Source: Heterodontus francisci
Lineage: Eukaryota
Length of the DNA: 64,000 nucleotides
Direction of reading: 5' to 3'
Assembly: GCF_036365525.1 (NCBI RefSeq)
Contig: NC_090378.1
Coordinates: forward strand, 120,327,593-120,391,592
Of this stretch, positions 30,296 to 41,749 are shown one piece after another. Positions within the stretch are counted from its first letter, which is position 1, and each line of letters opens with the position of its first letter. A program made the translations under genes and the position numbers. The notes beneath the pieces are model-generated. The model did not search any database and was not told where the DNA came from. It saw nothing but the letters and a program-made list of their open reading frames with translations.

Positions 30296-31820
30296 AGGAA
30301 GGGAAAACCCGAGCAATTACAGGCCAGTCTGCCTAACTGCAGTGGTGGGAAAATTATTGGAAACATTCTGATAGACCATATAAATCATCATTTAGAGAGG
30401 CACAGATTGATCCAGGACAGTGATCTTGGATTTGTTAAGGGAAGGTCATGTCTGATTAAGTTGATTGAATTTTTTGAGAAGGTTACAAGGAGCGTCAATG
30501 AGGGCAGCATGTTTGATGCAGTCTACATGGAGTTTAGCAAGGCTTTTGATAAGGTTCCACATGGCAGACTGTTCAGAAAATTAAAAGCCCATGGGATCCA
30601 AGGGAAAGTGGGAAATTGGATCAGTGACAGGAAGCAAAGGATTCTGGTTGGCAGGTGTTTTAGTGACTGGAAGTTTCTTTCCAGTGGGTTCCACAGGTCT
30701 CAGTACTGGGTCCCTCACTATTTGTGTATATATCAGTGATTTAAACTTCAATGTCGGGGCATGATTAAAAAGATTGCAGATGATGCAAAGATTGTCCGTG
30801 TGGTGGATAGTGAGGAAGAAAGCTGTAGACTGTAGGAAGATATCAATGGACTGGTCAGGTGAGCAGAAAAATGGCAAATGGAACTTAATCCAGAGAAGTG
30901 AGAGGGAATGAATTTGGGCAGGACAAACCAGGTAAATGAATATACAATAAATGGAGGATTCTGAGAAGTGTAGAGGAATAGAGGGAACTTGGAGTTTATC
31001 TGTACAGCTCTCTGAAAGTAGCAGGACAGGTAGAAAAGGTGGTCAAAAAGGCATATGGAATACTTTCCATTATTAGCTGAGCCTAGACTATAAGAGCAAA
31101 GCGGTTATTCTGGAACTGTATAAAACACTAGTTAGAACCAGAGAAAGGTTACGGCACAGAAAGAGGCCATTCAGCCCATCGTGGCTGCGCTGGCTGAACA
31201 AACAAGCTGCCCATTCTAATCCCACCTTCCGGCACCTGGTCCATAGCCTGGCAGGTTACAGCACTTCAGGTGCAGGTCCAGGTACCTTTTCAATGAGTTG
31301 AGGGTTTCTGCCTTCACCACCGATCCAGGCAGTGAATTCCAGATACCCACCACCCTCTGGGTGAAAATGTGTTTCCTCATGTCCTCTCTAATCCTTCCAC
31401 CAATCACCTTAAATCAGTGGATCGTTAGACCACAGCTAGAGTACTGTGTACAGTTCTGGTCACCACATTACAGGAAGAATGTGATCACACAAGAGAGGGT
31501 ACAGAGGTGATTTGCAAGGATGTTACCAGGAATGGAGAATTTCAGCTATGAGGAAAGATTGGATTGGCTGGGGTTGTAATCTTTGAAACAGAGGAGGCTG
31601 AGGGGAGGTTTAATTGAGGTGTATAAAATTATGATGGGCCAAGATAGAGTGAATAGGAAGGACCTATTTCCCTCAGCAGAGAGGTCAATAACCAGGAGGC
31701 ATAGACTTAAAGTAATTGGTGGAAGGATTAGAGGTGAGTTGAGGAGTAATTTTTTCACCCAGAGGGTGGTGGGGGTCTGGAACTCACTGCCTGAAAGGGT
31801 GGTGGAGGCAGAAACATTTC
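30296..31820 (+). mobile_element. Degenerate CR1 ORF2 RT/3' portion, interrupted by an antisense CR1 fragment
   Basis: Motifs NYRPV, GFVKGRSCL, YMEFSKAFDKVPH, RPQLEYCVQFWSPHY, RRLRGGLIEVYKI and FFTQRVVGVWNSLP. Confidence 0.9.
31137..31423 (-). mobile_element. 5'-truncated CR1 3' fragment inserted antisense into a CR1
   Basis: ORF 31216-31407 (-) reads FTQRVVGIWNSLP, followed by a CR1 tail. GTTAGA is duplicated at 31131-31136 and 31424-31429, and removing the insert restores the host ACACTAGTTAGACCACAGCT. Confidence 0.85.
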
Positions 31821-32185
31821 AGTGCTGAAATGGTTAATAGTAAGAGTAATTAAAGAGACCGTGTCCCTTTAAGACACTGTTAACCTGGCAGAAACTCTCA
31901 CTATATATCAGTCTATCTGGATCCCTCCTCTATCTTAGCCTCTAAAATACTGGTGGCTGTAAGTGTAAGATTGAGTGACGGTGTCTCTTTATCTTCCTTG
32001 TTTTCTGCCTCTTCCTCCCTGACTGGGAAGCTCCCAGTTTTCGGGTACCTGAAATGAATATGGACAAGGATTGGGGTGTGGTGAGGGGAGAGGAGAAAGT
32101 AAGAAGTGCATGTTTACACCGTCTGCAGCTTGAGAGTCTGAAGAGATTGTGTGATGAGAGAAGGAGGATAAGGTATACAGACAAC

Positions 32186-32854
32186 CTTATCATCGATCTC
32201 TCCAGCCCCACCAGTGTCCATAGCCTCAGCGATGCCCCTTCCCATGTTGACCAGCACTGTCTCCTCCGTGAGGGTCAAAATCTGCAGACCTGCTTGTCCG
32301 CCTCCAGTTCCTTCTTGTTGCCTCTATTATGAACCACCTTCTCCTATAAGAAAGAGAGAAGTGTGAGAGTGAGTGTCCTGTAATATGTTTGATGTGGCTG
32401 TCATGGTTGAATAGCTGTGTGCTAACTGTGAGTTGTTGGTACAAGGTTGGCAGTAATGCTAAGTGTGTGAGGGTGAGGTAAATCCTATGAATTGAAGGGT
32501 TGAATACTGATTTATAGAGACTGTTGGTGGCTGGGTGATGTGGGTTTGGTGAATTGAGCAATGGATGAGGTTAGTGATGCAGTTGGTAGGATCTGCCATT
32601 TGAAGATGCACTCAGTCACCTTGACAACTCGTGTCAGATCATTAAACTTCTTCCTGCATCCTTGTTCTTGGAGCAACACTCCTGACATTGAGCTCTGCTA
32701 TTACTTCTTCACACTGCCTCTTGAACATCTATCTGGAGGAGTTCCTACCTCTCTGTGGATACTGGATGTCTCTCCTTCGTTCCACTTCTTCCACCAAGAC
32801 CTGTAACACATCATCAGAAAAGCTTGGTGCACGCTCTCTCACACGTTCAGCCAT
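32186..32854 (-). pseudogene. Myb/SANT-like DNA-binding gene remnant (PIF/Harbinger-associated, NAIF1/MSANTD-like), at least two exons
   Basis: Manual translation. Exon 1 (32854-32620) reads MAERVRERAPSFSDDVLQVLVEEVERRRDIQYPQRGRNSSR*MFKRQCEEVIAELNVRSVAPRTRM(fs)CRKKFNDLTRVVK|GT. Exon 2 (32343-32186) follows a pyrimidine tract and AG and reads EKVVHNR(fs)..TGGGQAGLQILTLTEETVL. It carries a stop and frameshifts. Confidence 0.75.
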
Positions 32855-33509
32855 TCCTCAAAGTATCACAGTGCCATTCCACCTCCACTTTTCCTCCTGT
32901 GGTGAGTTCCTCATTTCTACTGGATTGTCTGGTGGCCCAAAGTGCAGACCAGACCTCAGAAAGAGAAACCTGTTGCTGTCCACAACTCACCAGCCCAATG
33001 GAAATGAGATCAGTGACCCAGTGTTGGTGGTGCCGTGGACTTCACCATTCAGGTACTTGGATCATTGTTCACATTCCCAAAAATAGGTGCACCTGAATTC
33101 CTAGGCCCAGGTTTATCACTGTAGCTATTCTGACAGAGGGCAGGAAAGCATGTTTCTAGTCTCCGTTTGAAGCCAATGTTTTGAAACATCACGCACATTA
33201 AGATCTTCCTCAGAGAACTGGTCCATCACAGCAGTCTTTGTGAAGATAGTGAATCACTTTTAAAAGGATTTCCTGATGTTCTGAAATAATGGTTATATTT
33301 CACTTTAAATTTCTGTACCCAGTGCCACACTCGGACAGATTTCCTCAGCATATTGAGGTCTCGGTAAATTGCTGAGAAAAATCTCATTGTAGGTGTCACT
33401 GATCCTGCCTCTGAAACAAAGAGTGTGAACACTTCAGTTTCAACAAGTCACTAATCCTCAATATCCAGTTCTTTCATTTACGATGACAGACATTGCCCCT
33501 TTCCTCTAC

Positions 33510-33790
33510 ATATTACAAGATATTAATGGAAGAGGAAGGCCATTCGGCCCACCTTAGCTCCCTCATTGATGATGACCCTAAAGTCTCCCCAATGCAGCAT
33601 CCAGCTGGTTCTTCCATGACTTTCATTTCCATTACTTTATCTGGGAATCCATTCCATGATTAGTTACTCTGATGTGAAGAAAGACTCCTTGATATTAGTC
33701 CTGAAGCTGCCTTTTACTAGTTTGAATGTGTGGCCTCCAGCTCTTGTCATAATTTAATTGGAAGTAATTGTTGGGATTTACTTTTTCCAG
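33510..33790 (-). mobile_element. Old CR1 3' fragment
   Basis: Reverse-complement CR1 tail GGCCATTCGGCCCA and degenerate end-of-ORF2 sequence. Confidence 0.55.
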
Positions 33791-34384
33791 AATAAATACC
33801 AAGGACATATTTCTGTTACCTGATGATTCAATATCCAACATCAGACCAAGAATATTCTTTAGACACAGGTGAATGTGAGTGTGACCCAATTTTTATTCTG
33901 TAAAATTGCTGTATGTGTCCGCCCAGTGTTTAGTGACCCAGTGTTTCCGATCAATGGCACCATGGTCTGGGAAAGGGAGCAGAATCGGACAGTCGGGAAT
34001 AATGTCGTATTCCCACCCTGAGCAAAATTTAGCCCCCCTGCTGCAACCACGGTTAAGCACCTATTCCCCACCCCCCACATGTGGAGGAGAGCGGGGGAGG
34101 GTGGGGACTTGTCCGTCTCCCTCTTATCGATACTCCTCAGGAGCAGCTGGTGGAAATTGGAAGTCGCTCCAAGGTTACGGCTGTAATGACCCTAATGTGC
34201 TGCACTTTGAACTGGCAGCGAAAATCAACTTTCATCTGTAGCTGAAGATGCTGCTTCTGCTTCAATTTGTGAAGTTGTGTTTTGTGTTTATTATCTCGGG
34301 AAGTAAACACAGAAGCAGAAACCCAGCAAAGAACAAAGCCCCAGATATGAGCCTCCAAATGAGCACTTAACTGTTACTCTGCTA

Positions 34385-34790
34385 TGTAGAATATAGGAAC
34401 AGGGGTAGGCCATTCAGCCCCTTCAAGACTGTTCCATCATTCAGTTCAATCATGTCTGATCTGTACTCCATTTACCCGCCTTTGATCCATATTCCTTGTT
34501 ATTCTTATCTAATAAAAATCAGTCAATCTCTGCCTTTAAAATGTCAATTGACCAACATCTCCAATGTTTTAGAGGAGAGAATTCCAATTTCCACCACCCT
34601 TTGTGTGAAGAAGTACTTCCTGATTTCGAATCTTCTAATTTTAGGATTATGTCACCTTGTTGTGGATTCCCGAACTTGATAAAATAACTTCTCTACGTCA
34701 AACCTATCAAATCCTTTTATTACTTTAAGCACCTTAATTAAATCATCCGTTCAACTTTCTAAACTCAGAGGAATACAAGACAATATTTGG
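34385..34790 (-). mobile_element. CR1 3' fragment
   Basis: AGAATATAGGAACAGGGGTAGGCCATTCAGCCC tail, plus CCACCACCCTTTGTGTGAAG (antisense FTQRVV). Confidence 0.75.
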
Positions 34791-36589
34791 TAACTTCACA
34801 AATGCATTTTAACAGGAGTTTGTGAGTTTTATATAAAAACTTGAATTAAATTAAAGTGTCAGTTTCCAATCACTGTACATGTTACTCACTAGAAAGTCTG
34901 TATGTAGGGATGTCAGATTATTACAGAATCAGGTTTCCTGTGATGCCCCCATGATTGAATAGCCTGTTGCCACCCACTGTCAACCTGTTTCACCGAGGAG
35001 CAATTGAGGTGATTAATTTGATGCTATTGTTAATTTGATTTGTGAAGAATTATTTCCACAGAACACACACACATTCTTGGAGTGAAAATTAATTTCAATT
35101 AAACCATTGATCCAGGATGGTACATTTTGTACAACCATATCAGTTTGAGATAATGAGGTCTGTTAACATATTCCAAAGAGGAAATTGATCCCTCGAGGAG
35201 AGCAATCCAGGGGTGAAAATGGGAAGATGAATTACTATTCTCTAATTTTGTTTGATTATGTTTGGCAATCAAAGTGTATTTACACAGAAACTTCTCTTCT
35301 GAGATTCAGTGGGAATATAATCGAGAACAGGGAAGATTTGTACCTTGTTAGTGAAAGGAGCAGGCTTGATGAGCAGAATGGCCTTTTCTTGTTATATGCT
35401 TTCCTATATCCTTGTGTGTATCTCCCACATCCAACATTCCAGAGCAACAGACCAAGAGACACCTGGAAGCAAATGTCTGCTCAGGGCCCTGGTGGATTAT
35501 AAACTCCTGTCGACCATACTTGAGTATGACTAATGGTTCAGTGTATTCTGTGTATGTGACAGTGATGACAGTCAATAGAGGGCACCCTTTACTAAGTAGT
35601 TAAACTATCCTGGGCCTAATGCAGTTCACTGCTTTGCTGCTTTATAAACAGTAACATTCTTTGTACAGCTTGCTGGGCATTTGTGCTTGAAGTGAAATTG
35701 TGTTTCGAGAAAATAATTTCCGAGCTGGTTCCTGTGATGTTGATTATTACTGATTTCACTGAGAAACAAAGTTAGTGCATCATTTAATAGGATAGGGATG
35801 TGGTTCGTGTCTGTCTGAATGTGCTGTGTATTTCACTCACTGTCAGTGTGGGAAGATTCTGTCATTTGTGATCACATTGGAAGCATTGTGAATTGTGAGG
35901 AGGATAGTGTAGAACTTCCAAAGCACATAGACAGGTTGGTGGAATGGGCAGACAAGTGGCAGATGAAATTTAATGTAGAAATGTGTGAAGTGATTTATTT
36001 TGGTAGAAAGAATGTGGAGAAACAATATAAAATAAAGGGTAAAATTCTAAAGTGGGTGCAGTAACAGAGGGACCTGGGTGTATACGTGTGTAAATCATTG
36101 CAGTGGCAGGATAGGTTGTGAGGGTGGTTAATAAAGCATACATCATCCTAAGTTTTATCAGTAAGGACATAGAGTACAAAAGCAAGGAAGTTATGTTAAA
36201 CTTGTATAAAACACTGGTTCATCGTCAACTGGAGCATTGCATCCAGTTCTGAGCACCACACGAAAGGAAGGATGTGAAGGCATTAGAGAGGGTGCAGAAA
36301 AGATTCACAAGAATAGTTCCAGGAATGAGGAACTTCAGTTATGTAGATAGATTGGAGAAGCTGGGGCTGAGAGGGGATTTGATCGAGGTATTCAAAATCA
36401 TGAGGGGTCTGGAGAGAGTAGATAGAGAGAAACTGTTCCCACTGAAGGAAGGATCGAGAACCAGAGGGCACAGATTTAAGATAATCGGCAAAAGAAGCAA
36501 TGGAGACATGAAGAAAACCTTTTCACACAGCGAGTGGTTAGAATCTGAAATGCACTGTCTGAGAGTGTGGTGGAAGCAGATACAAGCAT

Positions 36590-36790
36590 CCGAACATAGG
36601 AATTAGGAGCAGGAGGAGGCCACTCGGCCCCTCGAGCCTGCTGCACTATTCAATAAGATCATGGCTGATCTGATTGTAACCACGACTCCACATTCCCACC
36701 TCCGTCTGAGAACCTTTCTCCCTCTTCCTTATCAAGAATCTATCTCCCTCTGCCTTAAAAATATTTAAGGACTCTGCTTCCACTGCCTTT
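36590..36790 (-). mobile_element. Short CR1 3' fragment, antisense within the host CR1
   Basis: GAACATAGGAATTAGGAGCAGGAGGAGGCCACTCGGCCC tail; antisense KAVEAESLNIFKAE. Confidence 0.75.
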
Positions 36791-37460
36791 TTATTATTGT
36801 CTGAAAAGGAAGAATGTGCAGGGCTACGGGGAGAAGGCGGGAGTGTGGCACACTCTGAATTGCTCATTCTGAGAACCAGCACATAGAAACATAGAAAATA
36901 GGAGCAGGAATAGGCCATTCGGCCCTTCAGGCCTGCTCCGCCATTCAAAAAAGATCATGGCTGATAGTTTAATTCAGTTTCCTGTTCCTGCTTTCTCTCC
37001 ATATCCCTTGATCCCTTTGGCATTCAGAAATATATTTTTCTCCTTCTTGAATATATTTTAATGACTTGGCCTCCATTGCCTTCTGCGGTAGAGAATTCCA
37101 CAGGTTCACCACCCTCTGAGTGAAGAAATTTCTCCTCATCTCGGTTCTAAATGCCATACCCCATATCCTGAGACTGTGACCCCTGGTTCTGGACTCCCCA
37201 GCCATCAGGAACATCCACCCTGCATCTAGCCTGTCTAGTCCTGTTAGAATTTTATAGGTTTCTATGAGATTCCCTCTCATTCTTCTAAACTCTAGTGAAT
37301 ATAGACCGAGTCGATCCATTCTCTCCTCATACGTCAATCCTGCCATTCCAGGAATCAGCCTAGTAAATCTTCTTTGCACTCCCTCCATGGCAAGAACATC
37401 TTCCTCAGATAAGGAGACCAAAACTGCACAATATACTTGGTCTCACCAAGGCCCTGTATA

Positions 37461-39687
37461 AAGAACAAAGAACAAAGAAAATTACAGCACAGGAACAGGC
37501 CCTTCGGCCCTCCAAGCCTACGCTGATCCAAATCCTCTATCTAAACCTGTCACCTATTTTCTAAGGGTCTGTATCTCTTTACTTACTGCCCATTCATGTA
37601 TCTGTCTAGATACATCTTAAAAGACGCTATCGTGCCCGCGTCTACCACCTCCGCTGGTAATGCATTCCATGCACCCACCACCCTCTGCGTAAAGAACTTT
37701 CCACGCATATCCCCCCTAAACTTTTCCCCTTTCACTTTGAACTCGTGTCCCCTTGTAATTGAATCCCCCACTCTGGGAAAAAGCTTCTTGCTATCCACCC
37801 TGTCTATACCTCTCATGATTTTGTACACCTCAATCAGGTCCCCCCTCAACCTCCGTCTTTCTAATGAAAATAATCCTAATCTACTCAACCTCTCTTCATA
37901 GCTAGCGCCCTCCATACCAGGCAACATCCTGGTGAACCTCCTCTGCACCCTCTCCAAAGCATCCACATCCTTTTGGTAATGTGGCGACCAGAACTGCACG
38001 CAGTATTCCAAATGTGGCCGAACCAAAGTCCTATACAGCTGTAACATGACCTGCCAACTCTTGTACTCAATACCCTGTCCGATGAAGGAAAGCATGCCGT
38101 ATGCCTTCTTGACCACTCTATTGACCTGCGTTGCCAGCTTCAGGGAACAATGGACCTGAACACCCAAATCTCTCTGGACATCCATTTTCCCCAGGACTTT
38201 TCCATTTACTGTATAGTTCACTCTTGAATTGGATCTTCCAAAATGCATCACCTCGCATTTGCCCTGATTGAACTCCATCTGCCATTTCTCTGCCCAACTC
38301 TCCAGTCTATCTATATTCTGCTGTATTCTCTGACAGTCCCCTTCACTATTTGCTACTCCACCAATCTTAGTGTCGTCTGCAAACTTGCTAATCAGACCAC
38401 CTATACTTTCCTCCAAATCATTTATGTATATCACAAACAACAGCGGTCCCAGCACGGATCCCTGTGGAACACCACTGGTCACACGTCTCCATTTTGAGAA
38501 ACTCCCTTCCACTGCTACTCTCTGTCTCCTGGTGCCCAGCCAGTTCTTTATCCATCTAGCTAGTACACCTTGGACCCCATGCACCTTCACTTTCTCCATC
38601 AGCCTACCATGGGGAACCTTATCAAACGCCTTACTGAAGTCCATGTATATGACATCTGCAGCCCTTCCCTCATCAATCAACTTTGTCACTTCCTCAAAGA
38701 ATTCTATTAAGTTGGTAAGACATGACCTTCCCTGCACAAAACCATGTTGCCGATCACTGATAAGCCCATTTTCTTCCAGATGGGAATAGATCCTATCCCT
38801 CAGTATCTTCTCCAGCAGCTTCCCTACCACTGACGTCAGGCTCACTGGTCTATAATTACCTGGATTTTCCCTGCTACCCTTCTTAAGCAAGGGGACAACA
38901 TTAGCAATTCTCCAGTCCTCCGGGACCTCACCCGTGTTTAAGGATGTTGCAAAGATATCTGTTAAGGCCCCAACTATTTCCTCTCTTGCTTCCCACAGAA
39001 ACCTGGGATAGATCCCATCCGGACCTGGGGACTTGTCCACCTTAATGCCTTTTAGAATACCCAACACTTCCTCCCTCCTTATGCCGACTTGACCTAGAGT
39101 AATCAAACATCTGTCCCTAACCTCAACATCCGTCATGTCCCTCTCCTCGGTGAATAACGATGCAAAGTACTCGTTTAGAATCTCACCCATTTTCTCTGAC
39201 TCCACGCATAACTTTCCTCCTTTGTCCTTGAGTGGGCCAATCCTTTCTCCAGTTACCCTCTTGCTTCTTATATATGAATAAAAGGCTTTGGGATTTTCCT
39301 TAACCCTGATGGCTAAAGATATTTCATGACCCCTTTTAGCCCTCTTAATTCCTCGTTTCAGATTGCGCCTACAATCCCGATATTCTTTCAAAGCTTCGTC
39401 TTTCTTCAGCCGCCTAGACCTTATGTGTGCTTCCTTTTTCCTCTTAGCTAGTCTCACAATTTCACCTGTCATCCATGGTTCCCTAATCTTGCCATTTCTA
39501 CCCCTCATTTTCACAGGAACATGTCTCTCCTGTACGCTAATCAACCTCTCTTTAAAAGCCTCCCACATATCAAAAGTGGATTTACCTTCAAACAGCTGCT
39601 CCCAATCTACATTCCCCAGCTCCTGCCGAATTTTGGTATAGTTGGCCTTCCCCCAATTTAGCACCCTTCCTTTAGGACCACTCTCGT
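37461..39687 (-). mobile_element. Young 5'-truncated CR1 LINE
   Basis: AAGAACAA-repeat tail at 37461 and an uninterrupted ORF2 segment. Confidence 0.93.
37583..39664 (-). CDS. CR1 ORF2 reverse transcriptase, 693 aa open frame, endonuclease domain lost by 5' truncation
   Basis: KSPGPDG, NYRPVSLTS, YMDFSKAFDKVPH, SGVPQGSVLGP, KFADDTK and HLEYCVQFWSPH, with no stops. It is a transposon ORF and unlikely to be expressed as a host gene. Confidence 0.85.
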   Translation of the reverse strand: MLNWGKANYTKIRQELGNVDWEQLFEGKSTFDMWEAFKERLISVQERHVPVKMRGRNGKIREPWMTGEIVRLAKRKKEAHIRSRRLKKDEALKEYRDCRRNLKRGIKRAKRGHEISLAIRVKENPKAFYSYIRSKRVTGERIGPLKDKGGKLCVESEKMGEILNEYFASLFTEERDMTDVEVRDRCLITLGQVGIRREEVLGILKGIKVDKSPGPDGIYPRFLWEAREEIVGALTDIFATSLNTGEVPEDWRIANVVPLLKKGSRENPGNYRPVSLTSVVGKLLEKILRDRIYSHLEENGLISDRQHGFVQGRSCLTNLIEFFEEVTKLIDEGRAADVIYMDFSKAFDKVPHGRLMEKVKVHGVQGVLARWIKNWLGTRRQRVAVEGSFSKWRRVTSGVPQGSVLGPLLFVIYINDLEESIGGLISKFADDTKIGGVANSEGDCQRIQQNIDRLESWAEKWQMEFNQGKCEVMHFGRSNSRVNYTVNGKVLGKMDVQRDLGVQVHCSLKLATQVNRVVKKAYGMLSFIGQGIEYKSWQVMLQLYRTLVRPHLEYCVQFWSPHYQKDVDALERVQRRFTRMLPGMEGASYEERLSRLGLFSLERRRLRGDLIEVYKIMRGIDRVDSKKLFPRVGDSITRGHEFKVKGEKFRGDMRGKFFTQRVVGAWNALPAEVVDAGTIASFKMYLDRYMNGQ

Positions 39688-40559
39688 CTGCAGTAAGACA
39701 TCCTTACTCCTGTACTCAAATCCTCTTGCAATGAAGGCCAACATACCATTTGCCTTCCTAACTGCTTGCAGCACCTGAATGCTTGCTTTCAGTGACTGGT
39801 GTACAAGGACACCCAGGTCTCGTTGCACCTTCCCCTTACCCAATCTATCACCATACAGATAATCTGCCTTTCTATTATTACAACCAAAGTGGATTACTTC
39901 ACATTTATCCACATTATACTGCATCTGCCATGCATTTGCCCATTCACCCAACTTGTGCAAATCACATTGAAGCCTCTTTGCATCCTTCTCACAGATCACT
40001 CGCACCCCACCCCCCGCCCCCCTCCTCCAGCTTTGTGTCGTCTGCAAACTTGGAAATGTTACATTTGGTTCCCTCAGCCAAGTCATTAATAGATATTGTG
40101 AATAGCTGGGGCCCAAGCACTGATCCCTGCCATACCCCACTAGTCACTGCCTGCCACTCAGAAAAGACCCATTTATTCCTACTCTGTTTCCTGTCTGTAA
40201 ACCAATTCTCATTCCATGCCAATATATTACCCCCAATCCCATGTGCTTTAATTTTGCCCACGAGCCTCCTACGTGGGACCTTATCAAAAGCCTTCTGAAA
40301 ATCCAAATACACCACATCCACTGGTTATCTATTATCTATTATCCTTATCATCCTTATCTATTCTACTAGTTACAGCCTCAAAAAACTCCAGTAGATTTGA
40401 TAAGCATGATCTCCCTTGCGTAAACCCATGCTGACTTTGTCCAATCCCATTTATGCTTTCCAGGTGTTCACAGAAATGACGGGCCAAATGGGTTTTATTC
40501 ATGTGCTCTACAATTACTGAGGACTGTGGATTATGATTTATGTGCTATTTCCCTTCAAT

Positions 40560-41406
40560 ATCCAGCAGTTTCAAAGTCACTGGCATTCCCTTTCCAGTAA
40601 AGTGTCTTTCCTGATCTGATCCCATGATCCGTGGTAGTCACCTTCTGGAGAATATCTCCTTCACCAGGATTTTCGAGATACTTCAGTGGGTAGCTGCGTT
40701 ACATGGAACTGCCTCAACCCATTTGGTGAAGTTATCAACCAGAATAAACAGTATTTATTCCCACTGCTGGAAGTTGGAAGAGATTCTATAAAATCTATAT
40801 GCACACTGCCAAGGTCCTTCTAATCTTTGGGTGTGCCCCAAAGGTGCCTTTCTCCTCTGTAGGTCTGGATTATTGGCTGCACAAATCAACAATTATGAAA
40901 AATCCTCCACATCCTCTGTCTGATGAGGCCACCATCCCACCACATTCACTCTTTTCCATGTTCCCTCTGCACATGGATGTCCTGCTCCTGGTCCCTCCAT
41001 GTACTAATCAGAGAAAATCTTCCCTCTGGGTTGTAGGCACCACCCACTTGCCATTTTTAAATAACATCCCTTCTTTAATTCCCATTTCAGCTCTTCCACA
41101 GGGTCTCTCAACAGTCTCCTCTTTTTCTAGTTTGTTTAACACCTCCCTGAGTGCTGGATCCAACTTTTTCACTTCTATAAGATCACTCACTCTCACTGGC
41201 TCAACCACTGCCATCGTTGCTATTTCTCCCACTTCTTCCATGGGATCCCAAGACTCTCCTCCTATAGCGCCTTTCTTTGCTAGTATGTCTTCTTTCTCGT
41301 TTCCTCCCCATCTCACCTCTGTCTTAGCATGAGCCTTCATTTTGTGTATATAATAGTCATATTTCCCTTCATTGTTCCTGATCACCTGCAGCACTGTCTT
41401 CACCAT
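40560..41406 (-). mobile_element. Degenerate retrovirus-type pol fragment: RNase H C-terminus, HHCC zinc domain and integrase core start
   Basis: ORF 41008-41406 reads YIHKMKAH...GNEKEDILAKKGAIGGESW. Manual translation across frameshifts gives H..GPGAGHP..TWKR..GWWP..DV....LICAANNP, then GPWQ/VHIDFIESLPTSSSGNKYC/ILVDNFTKWVEAVPC. Confidence 0.75.
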
Positions 41407-41749
41407 AGTGTTACAAGAATTTTACTTTTTGTACTCAGAACTTAGAATTCTGTGTGTTTTAAAAACTGAGAAAAGGACTTTCACTTGGTGGACATTGACC
41501 TGCAAATAGCTGAATTTTTTGGATGTTGACTCTGTACAAAAGAACTGGGAAGCAGACAGTTTCAAGGAAACAGCAAGGGGTTTTGACCTGCTCAGAGCAA
41601 CACTTTGAATGACTGGAGAGACTGTCTTGTCATGTGATTGGTTCAGGAAGGTTTGCTTTCACTTTGGACACTTTTTAAAACCAATGAGTTGGACAAAGAG
41701 CAGGCATTTTTGGAATTTGGCTGTGACCTGCCTGGAGAGAGAGAAAGAC

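Larger units (their letters stand above)
36884..40468 (-). mobile_element. CR1 RT/3' element, itself split by a younger CR1
   Basis: ORF 36969-37421 reads MEGVQRRFTRLIPG. ORFs between 39658 and 40321 read [22 protein letters not shown] and KFADDTK. The halves join as GCCCTGTATAA|CTGCAGTAAGAC. The tail is CATAGAAA repeated. Confidence 0.85.
35870..40520 (+). mobile_element. CR1 3' part acting as host, interrupted by nested antisense CR1s; its tail resumes at about 40469
   Basis: WADKWQMKFNVEMCEV and LERVQKRFTRIVPG...LRGDLIEVFKI. The 3' UTR breaks at AGAACCAGCACA (about 36883) and resumes as CACAGAAATGACGGGCCAAATGG (about 40469). Confidence 0.8.
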
